Shown here one piece after another: positions 48,628 to 60,388 of a stretch of DNA of 64,000 bases; the stretch's first letter is position 1; every line of letters starts with the position of its first letter. The stretch spans positions 2,356,001-2,420,000 of the forward strand of contig JAUFOQ010000016.1 in assembly GCA_040285855.1 (NCBI GenBank), read 5' to 3'. Made by a program: the position numbers and the translations under genes. The stretch comes from Eukaryota sp. GEM-RC1 (taxonomy: Eukaryota). The notes under the pieces are model-generated. The model was not told the origin of the DNA. It saw only the letters and a program-made list of their open reading frames with translations, and did no database searches.

Positions 48628-49606
48628 ATTGACTTATTCCTTATTAGAATTTATCCACTTCTGTGTTTACTTGATACAGTACTTGTACAGCTGATGAACC
48701 TGATTTTATTTAAATCAATTACTGGCAGTGATGGTATTTCAGCCGTGATCACGTTACCAGATTTGATGATTTTAGTTATCTTTCTTCGGCTCAAGGAAAT
48801 GTCCTGTCGGATCCTCCAATTCTTCAAGATACCACAAATTTTATGTAAATTAATTATTTTGGTACATGTAATTAGAAGACTTTAGATAAATTGCTTAAAT
48901 GCTGGCAAATAGTTAACTCGATCCACATACAATTGTTATATGAACAACGGATCTCCACCAGAACATGATTTGTCAAATTCTTCAGTTTTGTCCTTTCAGA
49001 AATTGTCACAAGTTGGAAGTGTTTTTTTCTGGAAATTTCTCCTCATGGTCAGCAGACTTACGAGTCGTAGGGATCATGTTATTACTAATAGTGAAAGAAA
49101 CCGTCATACCCAGACCAGAAGAAACCGTCACAGTTGGTTTTAGTGAAAAACTAAACATTAAGAACAACTCATTCAAAGTCAGACAGCTTGAGAATCTCCA
49201 ACTGTCTGACATTGAATTACTTGTTCAGGGCCTGGAAAAATTGAATTGTCAATGCAATTATTGAAGAACATATGTATGAAACAGTGATTGATACAGTGTT
49301 CAAACATTGCAACATTTGCCAACTAAAATTTGCGAATTAGGCTTTTTTTACTCAAAACCACATACTGTAACGTAATACCAATGTGCAACTGGTGTAGATA
49401 GTCGTTTCAACATGTCCTTCATGAACTAAAAAAATATACCAATATAGGATGTTTAATATATTCTATGTTGTACTGCTAGTAGTAGTGACCGTGGAAACAT
49501 TGGATCATGATCATTATCAAACATTGCAACACCGTTTGGACCGATATATAACATTGCAACATTGATTGGTGCAATTTGAGACATTGGAATTGGTAGTGGT
49601 AAATAG

Positions 49607-50570
49607 TAAACCTTGGAATCGGATTTTTTATATCAAATCCGATCCGATCCGAATCTGACTGATCGAAATCTGAATCCGATCCGGATCCTGGTGTTCAATA
49701 TCCGAATCCGATCCGAAAAATCCGATCGGATTGACCTTTTTTATCTAATACATTTGTTGAGCATTGATTCTGTTTTAGTTTTTGCAGTAAGATTACTGTT
49801 TTAGTTCCATAAAGAAATGACGTACTTTGAACTTCGTTTTTGTAAAAGGAAGGATAACAAAATTCTATTAAGATGTATTAAACAATAATTGTAATCATAG
49901 GAGAAAATTCCATCATCAGCCATAAATCCAAGTTTTGTTCATGAATTGAGTAAAACCTATACTTGAACTGTGTCATATTTGAGAGATGTTCTTTTTCGGA
50001 CTTAATTTACCCAACACGGGAAAAGAGTCTTTCACAATGGTACTGATGATGCCTGTATGGAACAATAATAAAAGAAGATTCGAGCAAGTGTGGTATAAGT
50101 GCTTTCATTTCTCTTCCATCAAATTAATGGACTTCGATGTTGCTGGCGGCAGAATCCGAGAGGACGTCTACACCGGAATAGTAGGACATTTGAGACAGAC
50201 GTAGTTACCGAATTTACTTAGGGAGGAGCCATGTTCAACAGTCATATTTTCAAATCAATCGTTTTCAACAACGTATAATATTAGTACAGAAACGGGGTTT
50301 ACGATCAATACAGTGAAATTCAGTAACTACTTTTGTAAAAATACTAACTAAATGATACCAACTAATGTATCCATATCAGTATTAGTAAAGTAATCAAATG
50401 TATTTTGGGTCCACAACAATATCAAAATCATAAAAATCCGATCCCATATTTCGGATCTGGTAGGATAAATCCGATCCGAATCCGAATCCGAGCAAAACCA
50501 AGAAAATCGCCCCGATCCGAGAAATCCGATCAGATTATCCGATCCGAAGTTGATCCGATTCCAAGGTCTA
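49607..50570. mobile_element. Non-autonomous hAT element
   Basis: TIR TAAACCTTGGAATCGGAT...ATCCGATTCCAAGGTCTA; TSD GTAAATAG/GTAAATAC (7 of 8 match); ATCCG subterminal arrays. Sits inside an older AACATTGCAAC-repeat relic. Confidence 0.88.
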
Positions 50571-51129
50571 GTAAATACCATTCATTGACATTGGCAATCA
50601 GTTCAATCTATCCAGGTCCTGGTTTGAGATCATGCAGTCCTAATTATAATGCTAAGTTGGTAATAAAAACGAATCTTGTTTATCACTACAAATAGACAGT
50701 GATATAATATCAACAAAGTAGACACCAATACATCTACATTATCTCATAGTCATGTCTCAATCCAGATGATTAATTTGATGGATGTAAAACACACTCGCCG
50801 AAGTCGATTTTTAGGCTGTGACAAACACACAACTATACATAAATAGAGACTGTTAAAACAAGGTATATAACGAACTATTCAATTCCGGCAAATATTGACC
50901 ACTAAACACCTTGGCCTTTAAAGAAATAAAGTAGCTGAACATTGACTTTAAAAAGTCGTCACTTTGATAGGCTAATGTGAACTGCCCTGGAATGAACAGA
51001 TACTTCATTTGCAATCGTTAGTAATACCGATTCATGACACAGTCTGTAATGAAAATTAGTCTCAATTCTTGAAATAATATATAAGTAAAATAACGGCAAC
51101 GACAACGACAACATGAGTAGATAAAGAGT

Positions 51130-51440
51130 TCCATCGAACCGCTGAATTTCCAACAGTTCTAACAGATTGACCAAAAACAAAAGTTTCTATACTATTACGT
51201 GCGAAAGCAAAATTACCAACAGTGGTAACTTCATCAGGATTTACGACTTCAATAAGTTCATTATGCTCAAAAGCATTGTCACCGAGAATTATTAACTCAT
51301 CTCCAAGTGTAACACTTACCAAGATATTATCTTTTTAGGCACTTTCATCTATTCTTTGAACAGTGTCTGGAATAACAACAGAAGTTAAACCCTTTTCTTG
51401 AAAAGCTGAAGCACCAATTATAGTGATCACGACACCATTT
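51130..51440 (-). pseudogene. Truncated paralog of the BspA LRR region
   Basis: GVVITIIGASAFQEKGLTSVVIPDTVQRID..., colinear with about 41533-41830; in-frame stop; truncated at both ends. Confidence 0.85.
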
Positions 51441-51506
51441 GACGGTCCTATCAATGAATTAATGAATTTCTATAAATCTTCAAGAATAAACAGAACTAGT
51501 TCCACT

Positions 51507-52203
51507 CAGGAATGTAAAATAAATAAATATATTGTACAATAACAATAAATATATTTATTGTTATCTTATTGTGGACATCTCTCTCAACAATACATTTATC
51601 TTCAAAACTCAACAATACACGATATATTTCAATAAGATAAGATACTTCAAGAATGTTCTTTTTCTTGTTGTAACCTCATTTTTTCTTGATGTCAATCTAG
51701 AATAAAGTAGGATTATGTTGAAGCATCTGAACTCCAAGGTAACAGAGAACCATTGGCTTGAAAAAATGATTGAACAAACGTAACAGCAACGAACTAATCA
51801 AGATCGACAGTATATAGATTTAAGTTGGATACCTGCAACAAGAAATGAAGATGGGATGCTTTTCAGTCTAGCTCAGAAGGACTTCAGGAAACACTAAACT
51901 AAATCTGAACTCAAAAGCGTTAGGAAAACAACTTTTCTTGTTGTACAATGTTGATCTGTGGGATCAAACTTCTATTGGAAAAATTTAATAAAGTATCTCA
52001 CACCTCAATCCAACCAGACTACAATTGATGAATGTGATCAAATTCTTGCTCTTAGTGATTTGTTACTGTCGTTATTGAAGATATATTTATTGTTTTGACT
52101 CAAGATAACCAATAAATGACATAAGATATCAATCCAGACAATATATTGATTGTTGAATGTCAGAAAAACAATAAGATAACAATAAGATATTTTTACATTG
52201 CTG
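51507..52203. mobile_element. hAT-type MITE
   Basis: TIR CAGGAATGTAAAA...TTTTACATTGCTG; 8-bp TSD GTTCCACT on both sides; CAATAAGATA subterminal repeats. Confidence 0.88.
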
Positions 52204-52323
52204 GTTCCACTATTTGCAAGGTGATGTTCCTTAGTCCAACTCTACTAATTTTTCGGAAAATCTATTTCTGCGATTGGATTCTTCTACATGTAAAGATGTA
52301 CAAGTGTTGTAAGTTTGAACCAT

Positions 52324-52615
52324 AGCTGTCCATGACATTGTGACATCATGACAAATTAGCAACTTCTGTCATGACAAACGTAACATCGTTCAACAAGATA
52401 GTATTTTTGATATAAAATTAATAGTCAAAGTTGATAATCAACACATACAATATGAGTAAATAGCCAATTGTTTTGGACTATGACTGTAATTTATGGTCTC
52501 TGTATTTTGTTAAACCTATCCCTAAGTCTATTTTCCAACTATGGGTGTAATTATGTAATGCTTGTCATGACACCGTTACGTAATGACAATGGGTTTGTTG
52601 GTATCATGGACAGCT
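52324..52615. mobile_element. MITE
   Basis: TIR AGCTGTCCATGA...TCATGGACAGCT with CATGAC repeats; no clear TSD. Confidence 0.65.
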
Positions 52616-52650
52616 TTTGTTAATTTCTTTAACAAACATAAATTCCATCA

Positions 52651-55194
52651 ATGAATGCTCTCCCTGTATTACCAGACACTCTTCCACATCGTCCTCAGAC
52701 GACATCTCCCATTAACGTTGGTAGCGTTACTCTAAATCAAGGTTCTCAGATTCTTCGTCACGGCTTCCAATCTCATTCTATCATGGAACCTTCAATGTCT
52801 GTTCACTATATCAGAGTCTATCTCCATTATCTTCTTGGTATAGACATTTTAGGAAAAGACACTCGTTCGATCAAACACATTGCTACCTACTTCTGCCTTC
52901 CTCTCTTCTTCTACGGTCTACACAGAATCCCTCAACAATTCGTACCTCTGTTCTCCTCCGTCATCATCTCCACGTTTAGCGTCACCTTCTTCTCCACTCT
53001 TCTCTTCCTCGTTAGATCTTACTCCTCCATGTTTAATCCCTACTTTCCATCCTCCTTTGGGGACATCTCCTTCAGATTCTTTGGTTTCTCCTTCATTTGT
53101 TTACTTGTTCCCCAACTCCTTACCTTTACTCGATCTGTTACTTTCTTTGTCATGTCTATGTTAGTTTTCACTAATTGTCTGTATACCCTTTTGATCTATC
53201 CTCCACCGTCTGTTGCAAATGCTCTCGAGTTACCACAAAATTTTAAATTTCTGACAACTTTTTCAAAACAGCTCTATTACACTGCTATAAGTATGGCTGC
53301 TTACATTAAGTTCTCTTCAGCTTTTATTATCTTTGTTTGCTTCTTTGTTCTTGATTTGTTAATGATGATACCATCTTTTCCTAGTTTGATGTTCTTTATT
53401 TTTAAATTTGTGAATAATTTAATTGGTCTGCCCAACATTAAAGGATGGTTCACAGTTATTTCTTTGCTTTTCTTCAGTATTCCCTTTACTTTATCCCTTG
53501 TATTTAACTCAACCTCCCAGTTCGAACTTTTTCTTCTTTTCTAGTTTCATGTTTCTTTTCAGTTTGTTGAATTTCCTTTTCTCTCTCGGACAGGTGAAGT
53601 CCAGAGTGAAAAGTCTTTGTATTCACTTCCTTTTACTTGTTCTTTCTACTGGTTCTTATTTCTTCAGTGATTGGTATGGTCTAACACTTGAATCTCAAAA
53701 ATATTTAACTAATTTAATTTTTCCCATTCTACTAATTCCCCTAATTGTTTTCCTCACTTCTCTCTTCGTCAAACTCTCCCCAGTCTTCACTAAGTTTTCC
53801 ATTATCATTGTTCTTTCTCTTCTAACCCCTTCTTTCTTACGTGGTCACTTTCTCCTCCCACTTCTACTTCTTCGTTTATTCAATCTATCCTTAACTTCCC
53901 CTTTTCAATCTTCCTTGATTCTCGCTATTATTCTGCCTCTTTCTATTGTATTAGATCAGGACTTTTACTTGATTGTCTTTCTTTCAAGTGTTGTCATACA
54001 TGAGCTGTATTTTATCTTACCCTTTCTACGACTGTTCGTGGGTTTGTTTTGGTCTATCAGATCAAAAGTGATTGCAATCATAATATCCTTGATTTTGTTA
54101 CCATTGTCTTTTGTTTCTTGTCTTTTAGCTTCACTGACTCTCACGGGAGTTGTTCCTTTGTTTGGACTTCCTATTCTGATCCCTGCTCCATTCATCAATC
54201 ACAAACCATCAATCAAAAATGATTGTAATAATTTAGAAGGTGTTGTTTATGCTGAATCCCTCCCTTTTATTACTACTGAATTATCTAACATCATTACCAA
54301 ATCACGGTATTCCTCTTCTGTTCCTTTTAGTCATTATCTACTTCAAGATCCTGAGTCTGGATTACTATTGTTCTACTCTTATGGTAACTCTTCACTTCTA
54401 TCTCACTCGTTGTCCTCGGTGGCTGGACTTGAACTCCAGCAGGTAACCTCTTGTCATGCTGTTGAAGCAGCATCATTGAATGATTCTGTAAAGAAGGAGC
54501 GAAGTATAGGCAATCAACTAAACTCATTTCAGTTCTTGAATCAGTTTGAGTCAAAGTTCCTGTCCTTCCAGAAAATGTCTCTCACTGGGATCTTAGATAG
54601 ACTCTCTTTTATTCAAGGATATAAGAAGTGTTTCCACGTGTTTCTAGACTATTTTGGTCTCTCTGATCGTTTTCTCTCTGAATCATTGGACCAAATATCC
54701 TCAGTATCAGAAGTTATTGACTGTTTAAGGGATGCTACCTCTGACGTGGCGGTGTGTCACTCTTTTGTTTTCTTCATTGTGTAATTTGTCTCGTTTATGG
54801 TGAGGATATAACTATCCCTTCTAATAAAGTTTTGCAGGAACTGGAGGCTGAATGGTCTCTTGCTTATGATTCTTCCAGTTTAACAACGCAGATACCCTTT
54901 CTTAAGAGCAATAGTGTAAGAAAGATTCTGTTTCTTGATATAGATGATGATGAGAGAGACAAACTACCTCAGGCTGTTGTCTATGAGTTCACAACAACTC
55001 AGTTCAATGTGTTTAGTTATTCGTCCTTTGTTTATAGATCGATCCATAATTGGCAGACTCTTGATTGTCTCTTCTTTGGGAATGAAGATGAGGAGAGATT
55101 TGCTGTACAGTCACATCCAATGTTACTGACTAATATGGTGGTCCAGAGTGCTCACCCTCCAATAGGGTTCGCACCTCTTACTCACTGTACTTAG
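52651..55194 (+). CDS. PCNX4: Pecanex-like protein 4 (multi-pass membrane protein), two frameshifts
   Basis: Many TM helices, then GLELQQVTSCHAVEA, SLTGILD and C-terminal NEDEERFAVQSHPMLLTNMVVQSAHPPIGF, matching the PCNX4-type C-terminus. Confidence 0.82.
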
Positions 55195-56415
55195 ATGATG
55201 ATATCTGTTGCCGGCAGCTTGCTCGTTCTACTAGCGCTGTCATTTGCACTTCCTCATCATGTTCCTTCTGAATTCTCTTCCTATGAAGTCTTAGAAGAAA
55301 AGAATAACTGTCACACATTGCGACTTCTCTTACACAACGTTGAGGTCACTGTTTCCCCCAGTCACAAAACAACAATAACATATCATTCACCTGACTCTTC
55401 CATTGATCTCAGTGCCAGTGCTCTAGAGAATGCCGCACATTCATGCTGCCGTCTAAGAAATCTGTCTGTGGCACCGATCTCCTTAGTTCACAAGTCCACC
55501 GCTTTCCACACGAGTGATACTGATATTGAGACTCTGTATATGGTTCCACATAACCACCCGATGAACATCTTTCATCTCTTCCTTGATTTTCTGTTACCAT
55601 TTCAATACACTGCAATGCGTGATGGTCTCTCCAATAAACCCCATGTACTTTTCCTCAACTGTCCATCACATGATGGTCTTAGGAAGCAGTTCAGGTCATT
55701 GATCGATCCTTTTGTTAATAAGCTTGACGTTCCATGGCTGTTTCCCAAACGATACATGGTTCGGAATTTGTATATTGGATTAAACACTCTTCCAAAAAAG
55801 TGTCGAGGGCCAAATTCCTTCAGTAAACAGCATTGTCCACATCTTTTCAATACAGTCACTTCCAAAATATTGCAACATCTCAATGTAAAACCACACCCTG
55901 ATCCCAAGTTCATAGTCACTCTAATAGACCGTTATCCTGACAATCGCAAGATCATTGGAGCTTCAGATCCTAAGTGGGTTAGGGCAGTGCAAAAGTCATT
56001 GTCGTTGATACCATCTGTTCATTTTAGAGTTGTTAACAATAATCAATTATCGCTCCAACAACAGATACGTGTTGCAGCTGAATCTGATGTTCTCGTTGCT
56101 GTTCATGGAGCCGCGCTGTATACTGAAATGTTTCTACCTAACAACTCTGCTGTGGTGGTGATTTATCCTCCGTGCTGCTTGAATTTTGTGTACAACTCGA
56201 TGGCAAAGGTGTTGGGTCTTCAACAGTATAACTACACTGTGTCAGATTCTAGGATAGTTCCACTAAGTGCTGATGCCAAAACGTTGTTACGTATTAAGTC
56301 CCCTTGTCCCCAATACAAGTGTAATTCAGCTGCTCGCAATGTTGACTTGAACCTCAAGCCAGAAGAGTTCGTGGACATGGTACTGCCAGCGATCATGTCC
56401 TTGAAAGATGGTTAG
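55195..56415 (+). CDS. Glycosyltransferase family 61 (DUF563/EOGT-like)
   Basis: N-terminal signal/anchor; NIFHLFLDFLLP; QQIRVAAESDVLVAVHGAAL...MFLP. Confidence 0.88.
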   Translation: MMISVAGSLLVLLALSFALPHHVPSEFSSYEVLEEKNNCHTLRLLLHNVEVTVSPSHKTTITYHSPDSSIDLSASALENAAHSCCRLRNLSVAPISLVHKSTAFHTSDTDIETLYMVPHNHPMNIFHLFLDFLLPFQYTAMRDGLSNKPHVLFLNCPSHDGLRKQFRSLIDPFVNKLDVPWLFPKRYMVRNLYIGLNTLPKKCRGPNSFSKQHCPHLFNTVTSKILQHLNVKPHPDPKFIVTLIDRYPDNRKIIGASDPKWVRAVQKSLSLIPSVHFRVVNNNQLSLQQQIRVAAESDVLVAVHGAALYTEMFLPNNSAVVVIYPPCCLNFVYNSMAKVLGLQQYNYTVSDSRIVPLSADAKTLLRIKSPCPQYKCNSAARNVDLNLKPEEFVDMVLPAIMSLKDG

Positions 56416-57085
56416 TTTGGTTTGTATTGTACTTTTGATAAACAATTTAATCAGTATTTAAGTTCATTCAATTTCTTACATTTTCTGAATAACACTGTTG
56501 TTTCATAAAACTTGTTTGTATTAATTTATTGTTGCAAATTAAGTTGTTCAGATCAAAGAATGAGTGTCAATCAATAGGACGCTTCTTGGAGCAAATTCCT
56601 TCCATTTACGGCTGTAAGGACAAAGAGAGTCCAAAGGGGATGCACAAACACATCGGCTTTGGACGTACAGTGTTTGTTCAATCAGAATTTAATGTATAAA
56701 CCATCACTTAAAAATTACACGTGTAGCCGCTGAAGAGTGATCCCCCAATATGTTAGTACAATATGTGTAGACCTATACTCATACATACTACAGCAGCTCT
56801 TTTATCTACTGTCTAGTATTTTGGTGAAAATCATCAATATGCAACAACTATTAGAATGGTATCGTACACCAATCAAATATTGGAAAACGTATCTCAAATT
56901 TATCAAAAGTTACTTGGGTGTAATTCCACTTGATTCTGCGATCGTTGATGATTCTAAATCCCAAGATAAACGAACTATTTTGAATTGTCATGTACTAATG
57001 GTTGGTTTTAATCGATTTGTTTTTGTAATTACTTGTATGTTTTTGAAGAAGAAAAACATCCTGTCCAGATTTTTTTTACAATGAT

Positions 57086-58372
57086 CTAAATCTTACAAGT
57101 ATAAAACTCTAACAAATGAGCATATCTATAACTACACAAATGTCGAACAACAACATTGTGATCGATCTTAACCTGTCCCAAACCAACAGTATTCATCTTC
57201 ACATACTGAGCCATCATTTCAGAATCCACCGTCAACTTCTTCCAAATCCTGTAACTAGACGCAGCTGACATGTCCTTCTCCTTATAAGCATCTCTAGCAC
57301 TGTACTCCAACTTCCACTCAGCTACTTCGGACTCATTGGCTGCAGATACATTCAGATAGTATTGCTCAAAATCCAATATTGTTCCAGTTGTTCTATTAAA
57401 CCTGTACAATCTGACCCCGGGATTACTACCACCATAGAAACTATTCTCAGAATAAGTAAGTGATGGAGAAATAAACATTACACTTCCTGGACCATTCTCC
57501 TTCTCATTCCACAACAACCTCATTGCATCTGAGTGTTCATGACCAGCAAACAAAGCCTTGACACGACCACTATCAACTCCTGGTTGAAGAGATTTTAAGA
57601 GACGATGGTTAAACTGTGGCCACATGTTTGGAATAGCTCCATGTTCTCCAATACCAGTACTTTCCATTATACCTACAGGAACATGAGAAATGACGAGGAC
57701 ATTACGGTCCTCAGCAATGATGTTATTCATTTGATTTTCTATCCACTGGAATTGTCCCTCTGGATCTTTGGATATCAATGATTCAATGTTGCAAGTAAAG
57801 TAGAGGTTAGTATTGAGAACAAGGAGGGATAAGGAAGGTGTGAGATCGACTCTATAGTAACCACCGTGGAGATAGTCCTCGACGTATTTTTGGGGAATGT
57901 AGTGTTTCCAGGCTTCTAAAGAATCCTTGTAGATGTAGCGATTAAGAGGGGAGAATTGAAATGCAGGCAAAATGTCATGATTTCCCAGAACTGGAACAAA
58001 ACGGGAATTGGGGAATGCGTTGTGAACCAGATCTGTAAAGGACTGTATAAAGGGCTTAATGTTTGCTTTTTTGAAAACAGACTCTTTCAGGGTTTCAGAT
58101 TGAGGAATCAGATCACCGAGAAAGGAGACAAAGTCAGGATTGGGTTCAATGGAAGCCATGAAATCTAGAGCGGAATCCAGAAGTGGTTTAGGAGCACAGC
58201 ATTGTAAATGACCGAACTTCCCAGCAGAGCCATGTCCCTTGGTACATGCGGTATTGGGATTTGATCCTTGACGATAATGCTGTGAATAATGAACATCATT
58301 GAGTGTCCAGAAAGATCCAACATCAGACAACGCAAGTGTTGAAATAAGGAACACACTTAAGATCAATATCAT
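57086..58372 (-). CDS. Acid sphingomyelinase-like phosphodiesterase (SMPDL3-like metallophosphoesterase)
   Basis: Signal peptide; DVH, GD, GNHD, SHVP and GHEH metal-binding motifs; NPGVRLY and WKLEYS. Confidence 0.92.
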   Translation of the reverse strand: MILILSVFLISTLALSDVGSFWTLNDVHYSQHYRQGSNPNTACTKGHGSAGKFGHLQCCAPKPLLDSALDFMASIEPNPDFVSFLGDLIPQSETLKESVFKKANIKPFIQSFTDLVHNAFPNSRFVPVLGNHDILPAFQFSPLNRYIYKDSLEAWKHYIPQKYVEDYLHGGYYRVDLTPSLSLLVLNTNLYFTCNIESLISKDPEGQFQWIENQMNNIIAEDRNVLVISHVPVGIMESTGIGEHGAIPNMWPQFNHRLLKSLQPGVDSGRVKALFAGHEHSDAMRLLWNEKENGPGSVMFISPSLTYSENSFYGGSNPGVRLYRFNRTTGTILDFEQYYLNVSAANESEVAEWKLEYSARDAYKEKDMSAASSYRIWKKLTVDSEMMAQYVKMNTVGLGQVKIDHNVVVRHLCSYRYAHLLEFYTCKI

Positions 58373-59042
58373 TGTTGGTTAGTGCTACAAAATGTGCATA
58401 ATAGAAGCTTTGTCTGGATGGACATCAAATGTAACTGTTGACAACTGAGACGATTAACATTCCGCCAACCTCCAGGAAAGTGAAAACACTCTTAAGCCGC
58501 ACAAAACAGGTGGTCATCGCCATGTTGGGCCCATGTACCGTTATTTTGGATCTACACTCCTATTCGAGATGAACAGAAATTTTAATCTGTAATCCTCTTA
58601 CTAGTCCTGTAGGTAGTCCATTATTTTCTTCAGTTTAATTGATTCTAGGAATATTCATATCGGTGAATTGGCGTGTTACATTGATTGTGGAAATCAAGAT
58701 CAAATTTTTGAATGACCCATTTACGTGTAGATGCACCAATTCAAGACACTGTTTGTTTGGTTATGTCTAGTTTCATGGAATTATTAATAATCTTTTAAAC
58801 TACTACTAGTAGTAGAAGCATTTCCAATTTCCTGTTAAACATCAGAAAATGAATTGCTTCACTCAATTTACATCTCAACTTCCTTGACTCACCCTTGTTG
58901 CATCAGCTATACAATGCAGCAACCTTTCAGTCCATCTTACCAACTTTTGGTATATGAGAACGTCTATCGTTTTTTGCGATATCCTTGTTAAAGAGAGTAT
59001 CAACATACCAACTTATTGCTTCCACTACATTCTAGATACAGA

Positions 59043-60388
59043 ATGAAACTGGTTCTTAGTACATCTGCATCGGTTCTCGGTGCATTTATATGGATCTATA
59101 ACTATAGACGCAGTCGACATCGCTTACTTCGTAAACAATCTCTTCATAACGCTCTTGCCACCTTCAACCAAGATCCACTATTCCCTCCATTCTCTGATCA
59201 ACATGTTATATGTCAACCCATCACCGTTTCATCAATAACACCTTCAAAACTTCACTCTCTCCACTCCAGTCTTCTTAACTTCTCCAGTCTAAACTTCTTT
59301 AACCTTGCAACCAACAAATCTGTCCTCAGCACGTGTGCTTCCACCATTACCAAGTACGGTGTGGGATCTTGTGGACCACGTGGTTTCTATGGTACCATGG
59401 ACTGCCACTTAGATCTAGAAACTGATATAGCTGCTCTATACAATACTTCAGATGCTGTCGTCTATCCCCTATCTCATGCAACTACTTCCTCTGTTCTTCC
59501 CTGCTTTGCTTCTCGAGGTGATCTCATTGTTCTGGATCAGTACTCTAACGAAGGATTAAGGACAGGGTCAATATTATCACGTGCGGATATGATCTATTTC
59601 AATCACAATGACGTGATTGATTTGGAAAAAGTTTTCAAAGAACAAGAACAACTTGTAGATAATGAAAGTTCGAAAAGAAGAAGAAAAAGTTGCTCAATCG
59701 AAGGAAATGGCTTGTTGTGGAATCTCTGTACTCGTCAACTGGTAATTTTTTAAATATTTCACAAATTCTGTCGTTGTCCAAACGTTACCACTATCGTGTT
59801 CTTCTGGATGAATCTCTCACTGTTGGTCTTTTTGGTCCCAAAGGAAAAGGTTTTCTTTTTCAACAAGGGTATTCTTTGGATGACGTTGACTTGTTTGTTG
59901 GATCTTTAGAGACTTGCATGTCCTCTTTAGGTGGTTTCTGTATATCTAAACACCAGCAAGCTTTGGACCACCAACGATTAGCTGCATTAGGTTATGTCTT
60001 TAGTGCATCAGTGCCTCCGTACTTAGCTTCAGCTGCCAGTACCTCTTTAAAGATAGTTCAAAGTGACGAGAAACTGAGGACTGAGCTGGGAAAGAAGTCT
60101 GAGTATCTTTCTGAGTTGTTCGGAGAGGTAGTTGGAGGGTGTGGTCACGTGGGGATTGGTGGGGCAGGTAAAAGTCCAGTGAAAGTTGTTTTTGGTAAGG
60201 ATTTAGATGATGAAGAGGAGTTTCTGAACAAGTTACGTGTTTTCTTGTTGGATAATGGTGTTTTTACCAGTATTGTACTGCGTCCACGTGTTTGTTTGCC
60301 TGTGTATGTAACAATTGAGCATAGTTATTCTGATTTAGAAACATTGTCTAGACTTCTGTTTCAAGGAGTTAGGCAGGTTTTCGTGTAG
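59043..60388 (+). CDS. SPTLC1: Serine palmitoyltransferase subunit LCB1/SPTLC1, frameshift near 59687
   Basis: N-terminal TM; KYGVGSCGPRGFYGTMDCH; GSLETCMSSLGGFC lacks the PLP lysine, as in LCB1; GYVFSASVPP. Confidence 0.92.

Noticed and set aside
49613..50560. ATCCG arrays (and other short repeat arrays) as CRISPR or telomeric repeats
   Set aside because: Irregular spacing, no spacers and no cas genes. They lie inside TIR/TSD-bounded transposons as subterminal repeats.
991..59753. Euplotes-style stop-codon-coupled programmed frameshifting as a general mechanism
   Set aside because: In NIF3, TOG and SPTLC1, homology places the shift at a homopolymer well upstream of the stop, and the shift directions are mixed. 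Sequencing error is simpler.
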